Assembly (NCBI GenBank): GCA_035527935.1 | Contig: DATKZO010000013.1 | Span: 6,705 to 70,704, forward strand | DNA length: 64,000 bases | Direction: 5' to 3' | From: Bacteroidales bacterium | GTDB taxonomy: Bacteria; Bacteroidota; Bacteroidia; Bacteroidales; VadinHA17 | Shown here: in pieces, positions 8,646-17,427 of the stretch | How the letters are laid out: every line of letters starts with the position of its first letter | How positions within the stretch are numbered: position 1 is the first letter of the stretch | The notes under the pieces: model-generated | Seen by the model: the letters and a program-made list of their open reading frames with translations, nothing else | Databases searched by the model: none | What the model was told of the DNA's origin: nothing | Translations under genes and position numbers: made by a program

Positions 8646-8649
8646 CAAC
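8630..8649 (+). repeat. Direct repeat copy 1, aatcctgcactacccacaac (T-loop 3' half through the tRNA end plus 4 nt)
   Basis: An exact 20-nt match occurs at 8848-8867. Confidence 0.9.
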
Positions 8650-8658
8650 CAAAAAAAC

Positions 8659-8682
8659 CGGTCGCGAAAGTGACCGTTTTTT
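8659..8682 (+). terminator. Rho-independent terminator-like hairpin with a GAAA loop
   Basis: The hairpin is cggtcgc-gaaa-gtgaccg followed by TTTTTT. An A7 run upstream makes it potentially bidirectional. Confidence 0.6.
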
Positions 8683-8735
8683 ATTTGAAGCTGACGTCAA
8701 AAACTTGTTTTTGTAAGGGATCTGTGAATAAAAAA

Positions 8736-8768
8736 CGGGGAAACTGCGAAAGCAGTTCCGGTTTTTTT
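8736..8768 (+). terminator. Second terminator-like hairpin with a GAAA loop
   Basis: The hairpin is ggaaactgc-gaaa-gcagttcc followed by g+T7, with an A-run upstream. Confidence 0.5.
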
Positions 8769-8847
8769 GGTTGTAAGAGACTCCAATTCATGGATCAACG
8801 AGCCTGCACTGACTGACAGGAAGGATAGTCATGTGGCAGGCGAAGTT

Positions 8848-8867
8848 AATCCTGCACTACCCACAAC
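8848..8867 (+). repeat. Direct repeat copy 2, aatcctgcactacccacaac
   Basis: It is an exact 20-nt match to 8630-8649. The upstream flank (gcaggcgaagtt) no longer forms a T arm. Confidence 0.9.
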
Positions 8868-8880
8868 TGAGAATCAAAGT

Positions 8881-8905
8881 GTTAGAGCGATCTAACTCTT
8901 TTTTT
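8881..8905 (+). terminator. Third terminator-like hairpin with a GCGA loop
   Basis: The hairpin is gttaga-gcga-tctaac followed by tc+T7. Confidence 0.5.
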
Positions 8906-9071
8906 ATTTTGTCTAAGGTGAAACATAGGTGAAACAATCAAAGATTTTTCCTTTATATACCTGGTAGTGAAACGCCCATCTAATGCCTTAACGCGCTTCA
9001 AATTTGTTTATTAATGCAATACCGTTGAATCTCTCATTCCCTACCCTTTCATCCCATTTCACTCTATTTCC

Positions 9072-9410
9072 TTATATTGCTGATATACAATTAGTTGCAA
9101 TATGATGTAATATTGTAAAATGCCTGTAAATCTGATAGCACCCTTCAAAGTACTTCATTATAGCCTCTGCTGCCCTGAACATAGGGTCTGCTAAACTACA
9201 TATCATGATCTCCTGACCTGGTATGTAACCTAATTTTGATTCAACCTGGTTATATTCAAACTTACTGACAAACTTAGGTTCCCTGTACTCATAGCTGAAT
9301 GAATAACCATTACGATAGTCCATAAGGAAATACTCATATTTCTGAAGTAGTAATCTTTGATTTAAGGTTAGTCTGTTTTTAATCCATATTGATATACATC
9401 CTCCATCCAT
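9072..9410 (-). CDS. Hypothetical protein (112 aa) in an AT-rich, gene-poor stretch
   Basis: ORF only, with no motif recognised. Confidence 0.25.
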   Translation of the reverse strand: MDGGCISIWIKNRLTLNQRLLLQKYEYFLMDYRNGYSFSYEYREPKFVSKFEYNQVESKLGYIPGQEIMICSLADPMFRAAEAIMKYFEGCYQIYRHFTILHHIATNCISAI

Positions 9411-9674
9411 AGTTGTAAGGCTAATATTAATTAGATGTTCTCTTTATTGAGTAACAACGAATCGTCTAACTGAGTACTCAAATCAATAATAAGTTGTATC
9501 TGTGACAAATGGACCACCCTTATTAGTCGACTTACAGGATATTGGATATCCATCATCATCGTATTCATAAATAACAGAATGAAGGGTACCAGTTCGTTCA
9601 TGAATAGTGATTGGATTATTTGGAGATAGAACAAACTATAAAGGGCCTTTTTATATACTCAAGCTCCAAACATC

Positions 9675-10568
9675 TTAAGAAGAAGGGTGGTCAGGAACCC
9701 TCTCAGCAACCTTTGCTCCCCATTGTTTCAAGTTCTCAAGAACAAACGCAACTATTTTCTGTTGTTCCTCCCTGCCGTTACCCGTTACCTCCATGAGTTC
9801 ACCGAACTTTATATTCACCGGGATAGACCTGTCAAATGGTCCTAGATCCTTAATCAGCTTACCGTTCTTCCAGAAGTCGGTTCGGATGGCCATCGGAACA
9901 ATCCTCTTCCCGCTCCTGGAGGCCAGTTTTACTCCCAGACTGTTAAACTCATCCGGGTTGAAATACTCACGCCTGGTACTCTGTGGGAAAATTACAATTG
10001 ATGTTCCATTTGCCAGTTTCTCAGTTCCTTCACTGATCACTTTAACAAGATCTTCCCTTGAGTTTGCACGAGAAACAACAATTGGATCCCTTGAACGCAT
10101 AGTGGGACTAAATAACGGCATCGAAACCAGACTTTCCTTTACAACAAATGTAACATCCATAAAAGGAGCAATCAATACAGGGAAGATCATTGTTTCGAGG
10201 GTGCTCATATGGTTGCTGATGAAGATTACCGGTTCGTCAAGGTGACGGATGTTGTCAAAGCCTGTAATGTGAAAAACGGCTCCGCATCTCTCGAGTAGCC
10301 TCATAATATCTATTGAGGCCCTGGCCCATTCATTTGCATCCATTTTATCAGATAATGCAATTCGCCTGGAACGAAGGATAATGCTTAAAAATTTTATTAT
10401 AAAATATGCCCTGCCACCTGTAAAGAGGTTAAAACTTCTTCCCGCTAATTGACCAGGATCAGTGTGATATTCAGATTCAGAAAAATATTGAGTCCTCAAT
10501 TTGCTTCTGTGCTGTTGATTAATACTCAAAGTTATATCATTTGTCTGACTAGTATTGAAATGACTCAT
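9675..10568 (-). CDS. 1-acyl-sn-glycerol-3-phosphate / lysophospholipid acyltransferase family protein
   Basis: 'ISNHMSTLE' fits an HX4(D/E) block. 'IVIFPQSTR' fits an FP(E/Q)GTR-like block. Confidence 0.75.
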   Translation of the reverse strand: MSHFNTSQTNDITLSINQQHRSKLRTQYFSESEYHTDPGQLAGRSFNLFTGGRAYFIIKFLSIILRSRRIALSDKMDANEWARASIDIMRLLERCGAVFHITGFDNIRHLDEPVIFISNHMSTLETMIFPVLIAPFMDVTFVVKESLVSMPLFSPTMRSRDPIVVSRANSREDLVKVISEGTEKLANGTSIVIFPQSTRREYFNPDEFNSLGVKLASRSGKRIVPMAIRTDFWKNGKLIKDLGPFDRSIPVNIKFGELMEVTGNGREEQQKIVAFVLENLKQWGAKVAERVPDHPSS

Positions 10569-10782
10569 TAAAATTAGTCAGAAAAATGCAATGATTCAGG
10601 AATATTCCAGTCTTTAGGTAAATAATGAACCTATCCAAAAGACCGGCAAAAGAGGATATTAACTAGTATCACTCTTCTTTTCAGTACTTTGAAAATGAAT
10701 CACAGGGAAAGTTCAAAAAGGTAACACCAGCATTTATTTTTGGATCAGGTAATAGTAACCGGCATTACCTAAAATTGTAAGT

Positions 10783-11475
10783 ATGAAAAAGAATCTTACC
10801 CTTTATCTTCCTTATCTCCTTTTGGTGCTTATTATGCTGGCAGGATATCTTATCCGGACATTGACCGGTCTTAATCATCCTGCCGTTAGCACTGTTTACA
10901 GTTCTTTGCCAGTTATAGTGTTGGTTGTATTGTCAGGTTCAATTTGCATTTGGCTATCACAAAAAATAGGGCTCCCCGGTACCTGGGACAGATCCCTGTC
11001 CATAAAAAACAGGATGCTTGTCCCTGCTGGGCTGGGGCTATCAATTGCCTTGATAATGATCATCCTGTCCACAATAGAGCATATCCATATTCCTGTAATA
11101 AATATGCCTCAGGCAATTGCAGTTTACATAAGCATGGGTATTCTTTCAGAAATATTTTTCCACTTTATTCCGCTGGTACTTCTCTTATGGCTCGTTCGGA
11201 AAATAAGCAGTTCAGGAACCGAATCCTCCGCAGCTTTCTGGGTCATTGCATTTGTCATTGCACTGATCGAATCACTTCTTCAATCCTATTCACTGGTAAA
11301 AACCGGTGCAGTCGACAGCCTGCTTCCTGTTATTTTCTTTCTTGAATTAATGCTTGTTGCAAATATCATCTCACTGGTCCTGATCAGAAGAAACGGCCTG
11401 GGTCCTGCCATTATTTACAGGATAACAGGTTGGCTGTTCTGGTACATTATATGGATGAATTGGTTGCATCGCTAA
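10783..11475 (+). CDS. Polytopic membrane protein of unknown function
   Basis: The 230-aa protein has multiple hydrophobic segments. No catalytic motif could be assigned with confidence. Confidence 0.5.
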   Translation: MKKNLTLYLPYLLLVLIMLAGYLIRTLTGLNHPAVSTVYSSLPVIVLVVLSGSICIWLSQKIGLPGTWDRSLSIKNRMLVPAGLGLSIALIMIILSTIEHIHIPVINMPQAIAVYISMGILSEIFFHFIPLVLLLWLVRKISSSGTESSAAFWVIAFVIALIESLLQSYSLVKTGAVDSLLPVIFFLELMLVANIISLVLIRRNGLGPAIIYRITGWLFWYIIWMNWLHR

Positions 11476-11579
11476 AGGAGTAATAATACCGGTTCCTGTA
11501 CTCCATTTTCCCGCATGTAAAATATATTCCAAAGTAGAAAAAAATATACTCCGGGGGCAAATCATGCACCTTAATTTTA

Positions 11580-11587
11580 TACATTTG
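11580..11587 (+). promoter_or_regulatory. -7 box TACATTTG
   Basis: It matches TAnnTTTG and lies inside the track ORF's N-terminal extension, 25 nt upstream of the ATG at 11612. Confidence 0.35.
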
Positions 11588-11611
11588 GCCGATAACCAAA
11601 AACAAATTCCC

Positions 11612-12328
11612 ATGATACATAAAACTAAAAGATATTTAAGAAGAGGTGTTACTTTACCATTATTACTTTTACTATTTTCGTCATATTCGTATGGGCAGGA
11701 CCCTGTATCAGGTGTCAGCACCATTACTGCCAATGAGCTAAAAAGCCACACTAGCTTTCTTGCCTCTGCAGAATTAGCCGGCAGATCAACCGGCGAACCT
11801 GGAATGGAGATTGCAACGCGGTACCTTGAGGCGCAGACAATGAGACCGGGTCTTAGACCCGCCAATGGGAATAGCTACCTGCAGCCATACACACTATTAA
11901 GGTCAGTGATCGATCATGAAAAATCCGGAATATTCATTACTGAAAATGGTGACCAAAAAGTTGTTGATAAACCTATATATCAGATAGTCCCATTCGGGTC
12001 AAACAAAGTGGATTTAGATGGAGACGTAGCATTTGCAGGGTATGGTATCAGCTCACAGATATATAATTATTATGATTTCAGCGGGATTGATGTAACCGGG
12101 AAGATCATATTGATAATGAACCGGGCCCCGATGAATGAAGATGGTTTGGAGTGCCAGTTTGAGGAAGGGGGGTGGACCTCAACGATGAATTTCAACCTTA
12201 AATATATGAACCTGATGTACAAGAAGCCAAAAGCCATCCTAATTGTAATGGATCTGAAATCAGGTCATAAATCACACGATGACAGCAGTCCCGGAACAGG
12301 CGGTAACCACAGTCAAACAAATAACTAA
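11612..12328 (+). CDS. M28-type peptidase N-terminal / PA-domain fragment. The catalytic domain is absent, so this may be a gene remnant.
   Basis: The signal peptide is MIHKTKRYLRRGVTLPLLLLLFSSYSYGQ. 'HTSFLASAELAGRSTGEPGMEIATRYL' and 'DVAFAGYGISS..YDFSGIDVTGKIILIMNRAP' fit the lid and PA regions. The ORF stops after ~238 aa without any zinc-ligand region. Confidence 0.5.
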   Translation: MIHKTKRYLRRGVTLPLLLLLFSSYSYGQDPVSGVSTITANELKSHTSFLASAELAGRSTGEPGMEIATRYLEAQTMRPGLRPANGNSYLQPYTLLRSVIDHEKSGIFITENGDQKVVDKPIYQIVPFGSNKVDLDGDVAFAGYGISSQIYNYYDFSGIDVTGKIILIMNRAPMNEDGLECQFEEGGWTSTMNFNLKYMNLMYKKPKAILIVMDLKSGHKSHDDSSPGTGGNHSQTNN

Positions 12329-13222
12329 ATGAAGAAAATCACCAGGAAAGAGTTCATAAAGAAATCGGGTACAGGTGCAGCTGCCATAGGATTGATGCCG
12401 CAGCTTCTTTCAGTCAGGCCACAGGATACCTATGATCTTCGTCCACTCGGCAATACGGGGATGATGGTGTCGCCAATCTGTTTTGGAGCAGCCAGGACCA
12501 TGGACGAAGGATTGATCAGGTATGCTCTGGACAGGGGAATAAATTTTCTCGATACAGGCAGGTCATATGGCAACGGTAATAATGAAAGACTTGTGGGGAG
12601 AGTGATCGAAGGTAACAGGACAAAGGTCATTGTACAGTCGAAGCAACAACTTGAGGAGAGCTGGCTCAGCTTCAAGGGAAAAGGGAAGAGGGGCCATGAT
12701 GAAATAACGGATATCCTTAATCGGGGGCTCGATGAAACCCTGACTGCGTTGAAGTCTGATCATGTAGATGTGTACCTCTACCATAGTGCAGAGCTTGAAT
12801 ATCTTACATTTCATGAAGCAGTCCTGAAGTTCTTTACAGACCAGAAATCAGCTGGCAGGATCAGGGCAAGTGGTTTCTCATCCCATGACTATGAACTGAA
12901 ATTACTCATTAGAAATAACAGGGAGAAAGCATACGATGTAATTATGCATCCTATTAACTTTTCCGGAGGATTTACTCATTCTTTATCAGGCTGGACAGCG
13001 AAATGGGATCAGGAAGTGCTCCTGGAGCAGCTGGAATATGCCGCCTCCATTGGCACTGGTATTGTTGCAATGAAGACCTGTTCAGCCGGGCCTCTGCCGA
13101 CAGGTGAAAATGGGGAAGCAAGCTTCAGGAATGCCGTATCGTGGGTTTTGAGTCACAAGTTCATAAGCTCTGCAGCCATAGCGATGCCAAGCATCGAACA
13201 ACTGGAGGAGCACACAGGTTAA
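12329..13222 (+). CDS. Aldo/keto reductase with an N-terminal Tat-like export signal
   Basis: 'GINFLDTGRSYGNGNNERLVG' is an AKR signature. The N-terminus is 'TRKEFIKKSGTGAAAIGL'. Confidence 0.8.
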   Translation: MKKITRKEFIKKSGTGAAAIGLMPQLLSVRPQDTYDLRPLGNTGMMVSPICFGAARTMDEGLIRYALDRGINFLDTGRSYGNGNNERLVGRVIEGNRTKVIVQSKQQLEESWLSFKGKGKRGHDEITDILNRGLDETLTALKSDHVDVYLYHSAELEYLTFHEAVLKFFTDQKSAGRIRASGFSSHDYELKLLIRNNREKAYDVIMHPINFSGGFTHSLSGWTAKWDQEVLLEQLEYAASIGTGIVAMKTCSAGPLPTGENGEASFRNAVSWVLSHKFISSAAIAMPSIEQLEEHTG

Positions 13223-14052
13223 ACAGGCTGCTTTTGAAGAACAATACTCAGGTATTTCATTTTGTCGCTCCGGAACTTTTTATAGAGATTGGATCCCTGC
13301 ACCCCGGCAAATTCTCTCATCAATCCTCTTAACCATGGAGGGACATTCTTTGATATGATCATTAATTTCTTCTCGTTATGGCTATCGAGTGCACTTAATA
13401 CATTATCACTGATATCTCTGTTCGATATCAAATTCAGGCCTGAATCCTTCAGACTGTCAATAAATCCTTCAATCTTTTCAGGCTCCCTGAAGTCAGTTAT
13501 CAGGAAGTAACCTCCGGGGTTAAGTACCCGTGCTACCTGCTGAACAAATCTTGTGAAGGAGCCATAGCAATGAGACGACTCAACATTGAATACCAAATCA
13601 AAAGAATGATCATCAAAGGGAAGGCTTTCAGCATCACCCCGAACAAAAGAGAGGTTATTTTCCTTATAATTTTTTTTGCAGAATGAAATTGCTTTTCCGC
13701 AATAATCAAGACCTACTATTTTATAAGGATTAAAATATCTTCCAAGGTAGCTGGCGCCTCCTCCCCTGCCACAACCAACTTCAAGAACTTTCTTTTTGTC
13801 CAGGCTAACGTTGACTGCAAGATGATGGTATAGCTGGATAGAGTACCTGTTATCCTCATCATCCTCATTAAGAGAAGGGTGCATCCATGTCCCGGCAGGT
13901 TCGTCATACCCGTAGTTCATAAATTTCCAGTGTGTCGCCCTAACTAAATAGGCAAACAGGGAATACATGAACTTCCTGCTCAGTTTTCTGAACCCCGGAT
14001 ACTTATCACAAAATTTCTTATATTCCTTGACAAACTTTAAACGAATACTCAT
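13219..14052 (-). CDS. Class I SAM-dependent methyltransferase
   Basis: Motif I is 'VLEVGCGRGGGASYL'. 'FDLVFNVESSHC' and 'LNPGGYFLITDF' are post-I motifs. Confidence 0.8.
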   Translation of the reverse strand: MSIRLKFVKEYKKFCDKYPGFRKLSRKFMYSLFAYLVRATHWKFMNYGYDEPAGTWMHPSLNEDDEDNRYSIQLYHHLAVNVSLDKKKVLEVGCGRGGGASYLGRYFNPYKIVGLDYCGKAISFCKKNYKENNLSFVRGDAESLPFDDHSFDLVFNVESSHCYGSFTRFVQQVARVLNPGGYFLITDFREPEKIEGFIDSLKDSGLNLISNRDISDNVLSALDSHNEKKLMIISKNVPPWLRGLMREFAGVQGSNLYKKFRSDKMKYLSIVLQKQPV

Positions 14053-14122
14053 AAATCAATCTTCAACTTCGGGATCAAAGGTATAACAAAATATATTATT
14101 AAAAGGGTAAAATATGTTAAAT

Positions 14123-15940
14123 CTAATGCATTATCGGTATAATCCGGCGTGGCGGGTCTTTATAATAATTGTCGAGATCAGGGATCAGATCGCCGTTGCT
14201 ATCTGTCATATTCCTGAAAAATTCAACAAGGGCAATCCACTCTTTACCTTCCTGCACTCCGGACAAATCAGCATTAAAATCCAGAATAGCATCTGACATA
14301 TTCTCAATCTCAATACCGGATGACTCTTTGGGAACAACATTAACCAATCCAAATGTTGTCTTTTTTATTATTCCAACAAACTCAAGCATATAAGCATTCG
14401 CGGTAATCGAGTAAAGAGTCTCATTTCCCTTTGACAGATCAACTGGCACAGTAGTGCCGTCAGCTTTAACCAGATTGATCGACTTTACCTTCCGCAACAG
14501 TCCTTTCCCCGGGTCAAAGTCTACCATTATCCCTGCGAAATAGCAATAATTCGAAGGAGCCGACTTATAGGCCACAAGAAGGACCTCCAGGATCCGATTG
14601 AGCTCAATACCTGTAACCCAAATCCTTGAAAGAGGATACCCTGGAATATTATCTTTCCCTGATCCTAACGACATCATCCTGAAAACATCCTGAACCGTAA
14701 GCTGACCAGGAACCACCCTGTCACGGATCACACCAGCCGCCACCATACTAACATCTGTTCCCAAGGCTACATTGTTGTTAACGTAATTATGGATTGCATC
14801 CACAACCAGGGGTCCCAGATTGCTGTTCTCAAGATCGCCGCCATACTCATCGCAAACAAGTTCATACGACGACTCCACAATTACACTATCAATATTATAG
14901 TTAAGAGGATTGAGCAGCTGATCAGATATAAGCTCTTTCTGATTATCGATCCGTGACTGTATTAACGGGTCTCCTGTTACCGAATCATCTACCGGTATAA
15001 GATTATAGGCTGATAATTTAATCTCATCGCCATTGATATCCAGCTCAACTCTCCCGACAAACATGCCATTGCAGCCAGCCTGGACTACCGGTACACCCTT
15101 AATAATGATCGGTTCGCTAATCTTTGTATGAGTGTGCGCGCTGATCACCAGGTCAAGTCCCCTTACCTTTTTTGCCAGCTTAACATCTTCTCCTGCCCAT
15201 TCACCCTTTTTGTTCTTCTCTAATCCGCTGTGCGACAAGCAGATTATTACATCAGCACCCGATTTATTCAACTTTCTTACCATTCGTCTGGCAGCTCTGA
15301 CCTGCCTGGAGAATTTTACAGGCGGCGCAAATGGTGCAACTTCGTCAGCATCGATACCCATAAGCGAAAAAATACCAACCTTGTGTCCCTGTTTTTCAAT
15401 AATTACTGACCTGGTTATTATGTTGTTATCAAACAATGCTTCGAAGCTATTATCGCCATGATCACCATCATCAAAAAGAGCATTGCCCAAAAGTAGCTTC
15501 GGGATATCCGATGACGAAGATGACCTTTTAATTATCTTGGCCAGAGTACCCGGGCCGTAGTCGAACTCGTGGTTCCCTATGGCAACTACATCATATCCCA
15601 TATCATACATCAACGGCAGCTGGAATCCATTATACTCCTCCATATAATGATAGATGGTCCCCATGAGAAAATCACCGGCATCCAGCACCAGGGTATTCTC
15701 CGGATTCAAAAATCTCTCTTCTTTGATTATACTGGCTATTCTGCTGAACCCTCCGGTAGTATTGTCATCATTGATACTTCCGGGTGTATAATTAATGGAT
15801 GGTGCAAATCCATCCAGCCTGGAGTGCATATCATTAGTGTGCAGGATTACTAATTTGGTGCCGTATTGTGCTATCGCCGGCACCATCGTTAAATTTACCA
15901 GAACGCCCACCAACAGGGTCCCGAATTTTCGATACGACAT
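14123..15940 (-). CDS. Bifunctional metallophosphatase / 5'-nucleotidase family protein (secreted)
   Basis: 'ILHTNDMHSRL', 'DAGDF' and 'GNHEFD' are present, along with an N-terminal signal peptide and a C-terminal 5'-nucleotidase-like half. Confidence 0.85.
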   Translation of the reverse strand: MSYRKFGTLLVGVLVNLTMVPAIAQYGTKLVILHTNDMHSRLDGFAPSINYTPGSINDDNTTGGFSRIASIIKEERFLNPENTLVLDAGDFLMGTIYHYMEEYNGFQLPLMYDMGYDVVAIGNHEFDYGPGTLAKIIKRSSSSSDIPKLLLGNALFDDGDHGDNSFEALFDNNIITRSVIIEKQGHKVGIFSLMGIDADEVAPFAPPVKFSRQVRAARRMVRKLNKSGADVIICLSHSGLEKNKKGEWAGEDVKLAKKVRGLDLVISAHTHTKISEPIIIKGVPVVQAGCNGMFVGRVELDINGDEIKLSAYNLIPVDDSVTGDPLIQSRIDNQKELISDQLLNPLNYNIDSVIVESSYELVCDEYGGDLENSNLGPLVVDAIHNYVNNNVALGTDVSMVAAGVIRDRVVPGQLTVQDVFRMMSLGSGKDNIPGYPLSRIWVTGIELNRILEVLLVAYKSAPSNYCYFAGIMVDFDPGKGLLRKVKSINLVKADGTTVPVDLSKGNETLYSITANAYMLEFVGIIKKTTFGLVNVVPKESSGIEIENMSDAILDFNADLSGVQEGKEWIALVEFFRNMTDSNGDLIPDLDNYYKDPPRRIIPIMH

Positions 15941-16006
15941 CTTAAGAGATATATGTTAGGTTTACCATACTAATATAGTAATAATCAGGAAATCAGCAAA
16001 TAATGT

Positions 16007-17314
16007 TTATCGGTCCCCGATATTCACAAGAAGATCAGCCACTATAAAGGTACTGCCACCAATAAAAACGGTGCTATCGCTGCCTGCATTGACCAGTGCC
16101 CGGGAATATGCCTCAGGAACCGATTCGATAGCGGATCCTTTTAATCCAATTTCTGATGCAATTTTTAATAACTCATCATGATTAAGTGACCTGGGTATAT
16201 CAGCTCTGGTAAAGTAATAATCCGCATCAGCCGGGAAAAGTGAGAGCAGTGTCTTGATATCCTTATCGCTGACAAATCCCAGTACAAAATGTAATCTCCC
16301 GTTAGATACCTGCTTAAGTTGCTCCAGTACCAGCTTTAACCCATCGGCATTGTGTGCCGTATCGCATATTACCAACGGATTTGTTCTGATAATCTGCCAT
16401 CTGCCTTCCAACCCCGTGTTGCCGGTTATATTCATCAATCCTTTCCGGATAAATCCCCTGTCAACACTAAAGGTCCTGCAGAGAATGTCGATAGTGCTCA
16501 TGAAAGTTTGCAGGTTTAAAACCTGGTAGCTCCCTGAAACATCAAGCTCAAGATCATCCAGGAACAGCTCTTTTTCTCTGTAAACATCAACATTCATTTT
16601 CCCAGCTTGCATCTGTTTATCCCTGATAACAACCTTGTAATGACTGTCGGCGTATATTAATTCAGAATTGTTTTGGAAAGCGATCCTCGCAAATACCGGT
16701 TTGGTATCAATATTGGATTCACCAATTACCACCGGGACGCCCGGCTTGATAATTCCACCCTTTTCTGTAGCAATCTGCTCAAGGGTGCCGCCCAGGAACT
16801 GCATGTGATCAAATCCGATATTGGTAATTACCGAGACTTCAGGTATAATAATATTGGTTGAATCGAGCCGGCCACCCATGCCGGTCTCTATAACTGCTAC
16901 ATCAACATCGCAATCGGAGAAATATTTGAATGCGAGAGCTACTGTCATTTCAAAAAATGAAGGTTTCAGTCTTTCAATGATATCAAGGTTCATCCCGATA
17001 AAACTTACTATATAGTCTTCGGGAACAGGCTTCCCATATATCTTTATCCGTTCCCGGAAATCCCTGATATGGGGTGATGTATACAATCCTGTTTTATATC
17101 CGGCTTCGGCAAGGACAGACGCCAGCATGTGCGACAGGGATCCTTTGCCGTTGGTTCCGGCAATATGTATCGTTTTAAAATCTGAATGAGGATTGCCAAA
17201 ATAATTATCCAGATCAATTGTAGTATCAAGATTGGCCTTGTAGGCAGCCTTGCCAATCCTTTGATAAACCGGAAGTGAATTATATAAAAATTCAAGTGTC
17301 TCCCTGTAATTCAT
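16007..17314 (-). CDS. folC: Bifunctional folylpolyglutamate synthase / dihydrofolate synthase
   Basis: 'IHIAGTNGKGS' is the P-loop. The Mur-ligase-type middle and C-terminal domains are present and the protein is 435 aa. Confidence 0.9.
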   Translation of the reverse strand: MNYRETLEFLYNSLPVYQRIGKAAYKANLDTTIDLDNYFGNPHSDFKTIHIAGTNGKGSLSHMLASVLAEAGYKTGLYTSPHIRDFRERIKIYGKPVPEDYIVSFIGMNLDIIERLKPSFFEMTVALAFKYFSDCDVDVAVIETGMGGRLDSTNIIIPEVSVITNIGFDHMQFLGGTLEQIATEKGGIIKPGVPVVIGESNIDTKPVFARIAFQNNSELIYADSHYKVVIRDKQMQAGKMNVDVYREKELFLDDLELDVSGSYQVLNLQTFMSTIDILCRTFSVDRGFIRKGLMNITGNTGLEGRWQIIRTNPLVICDTAHNADGLKLVLEQLKQVSNGRLHFVLGFVSDKDIKTLLSLFPADADYYFTRADIPRSLNHDELLKIASEIGLKGSAIESVPEAYSRALVNAGSDSTVFIGGSTFIVADLLVNIGDR

Positions 17315-17377
17315 TCAATTGTTAATTAATTGTGCAAAATAAGTAAAATTAGTGTTCCAAAACCGGTGGTTACAGTC

Positions 17378-17385
17378 TATTTTTG
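17378..17385 (+). promoter_or_regulatory. -7 box TATTTTTG
   Basis: It matches TAnnTTTG and lies 43 nt upstream of the ATG at 17428. Confidence 0.3.
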
Positions 17386-17427
17386 TAATTGGAGATATAA
17401 ATTAATTGCCAGGGAGGGCATCTTTAG

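Larger units (their letters stand above)
1..8649 (-). mobile_element. Integrative genomic element whose left end lies outside the window. Its right end is at a displaced tRNA-Val 3' fragment. It has an int-xis-replication module plus restriction-modification cargo.
   Basis: All genes are co-oriented on the minus strand. The region is markedly more AT-rich by eye than the DNA right of ~9.7 kb. A tyrosine integrase lies next to a 45-nt tRNA 3' fragment that is preceded directly by AT-rich non-tRNA DNA. Confidence 0.7.

Noticed and set aside
10944-11865. ORFs 10944-11345 (+) and 11371-11865 (-)
   Set aside because: The first is an alternative frame within the membrane-protein gene. The second overlaps the end of that gene, the promoter box and the start of the M28-like gene.
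12329-12420. Classical twin-arginine signal on the aldo/keto reductase
   Set aside because: The motif reads T-R-K-E-F-I-K, with Arg-Lys rather than Arg-Arg. I describe it only as Tat-like and make no claim about the export route.
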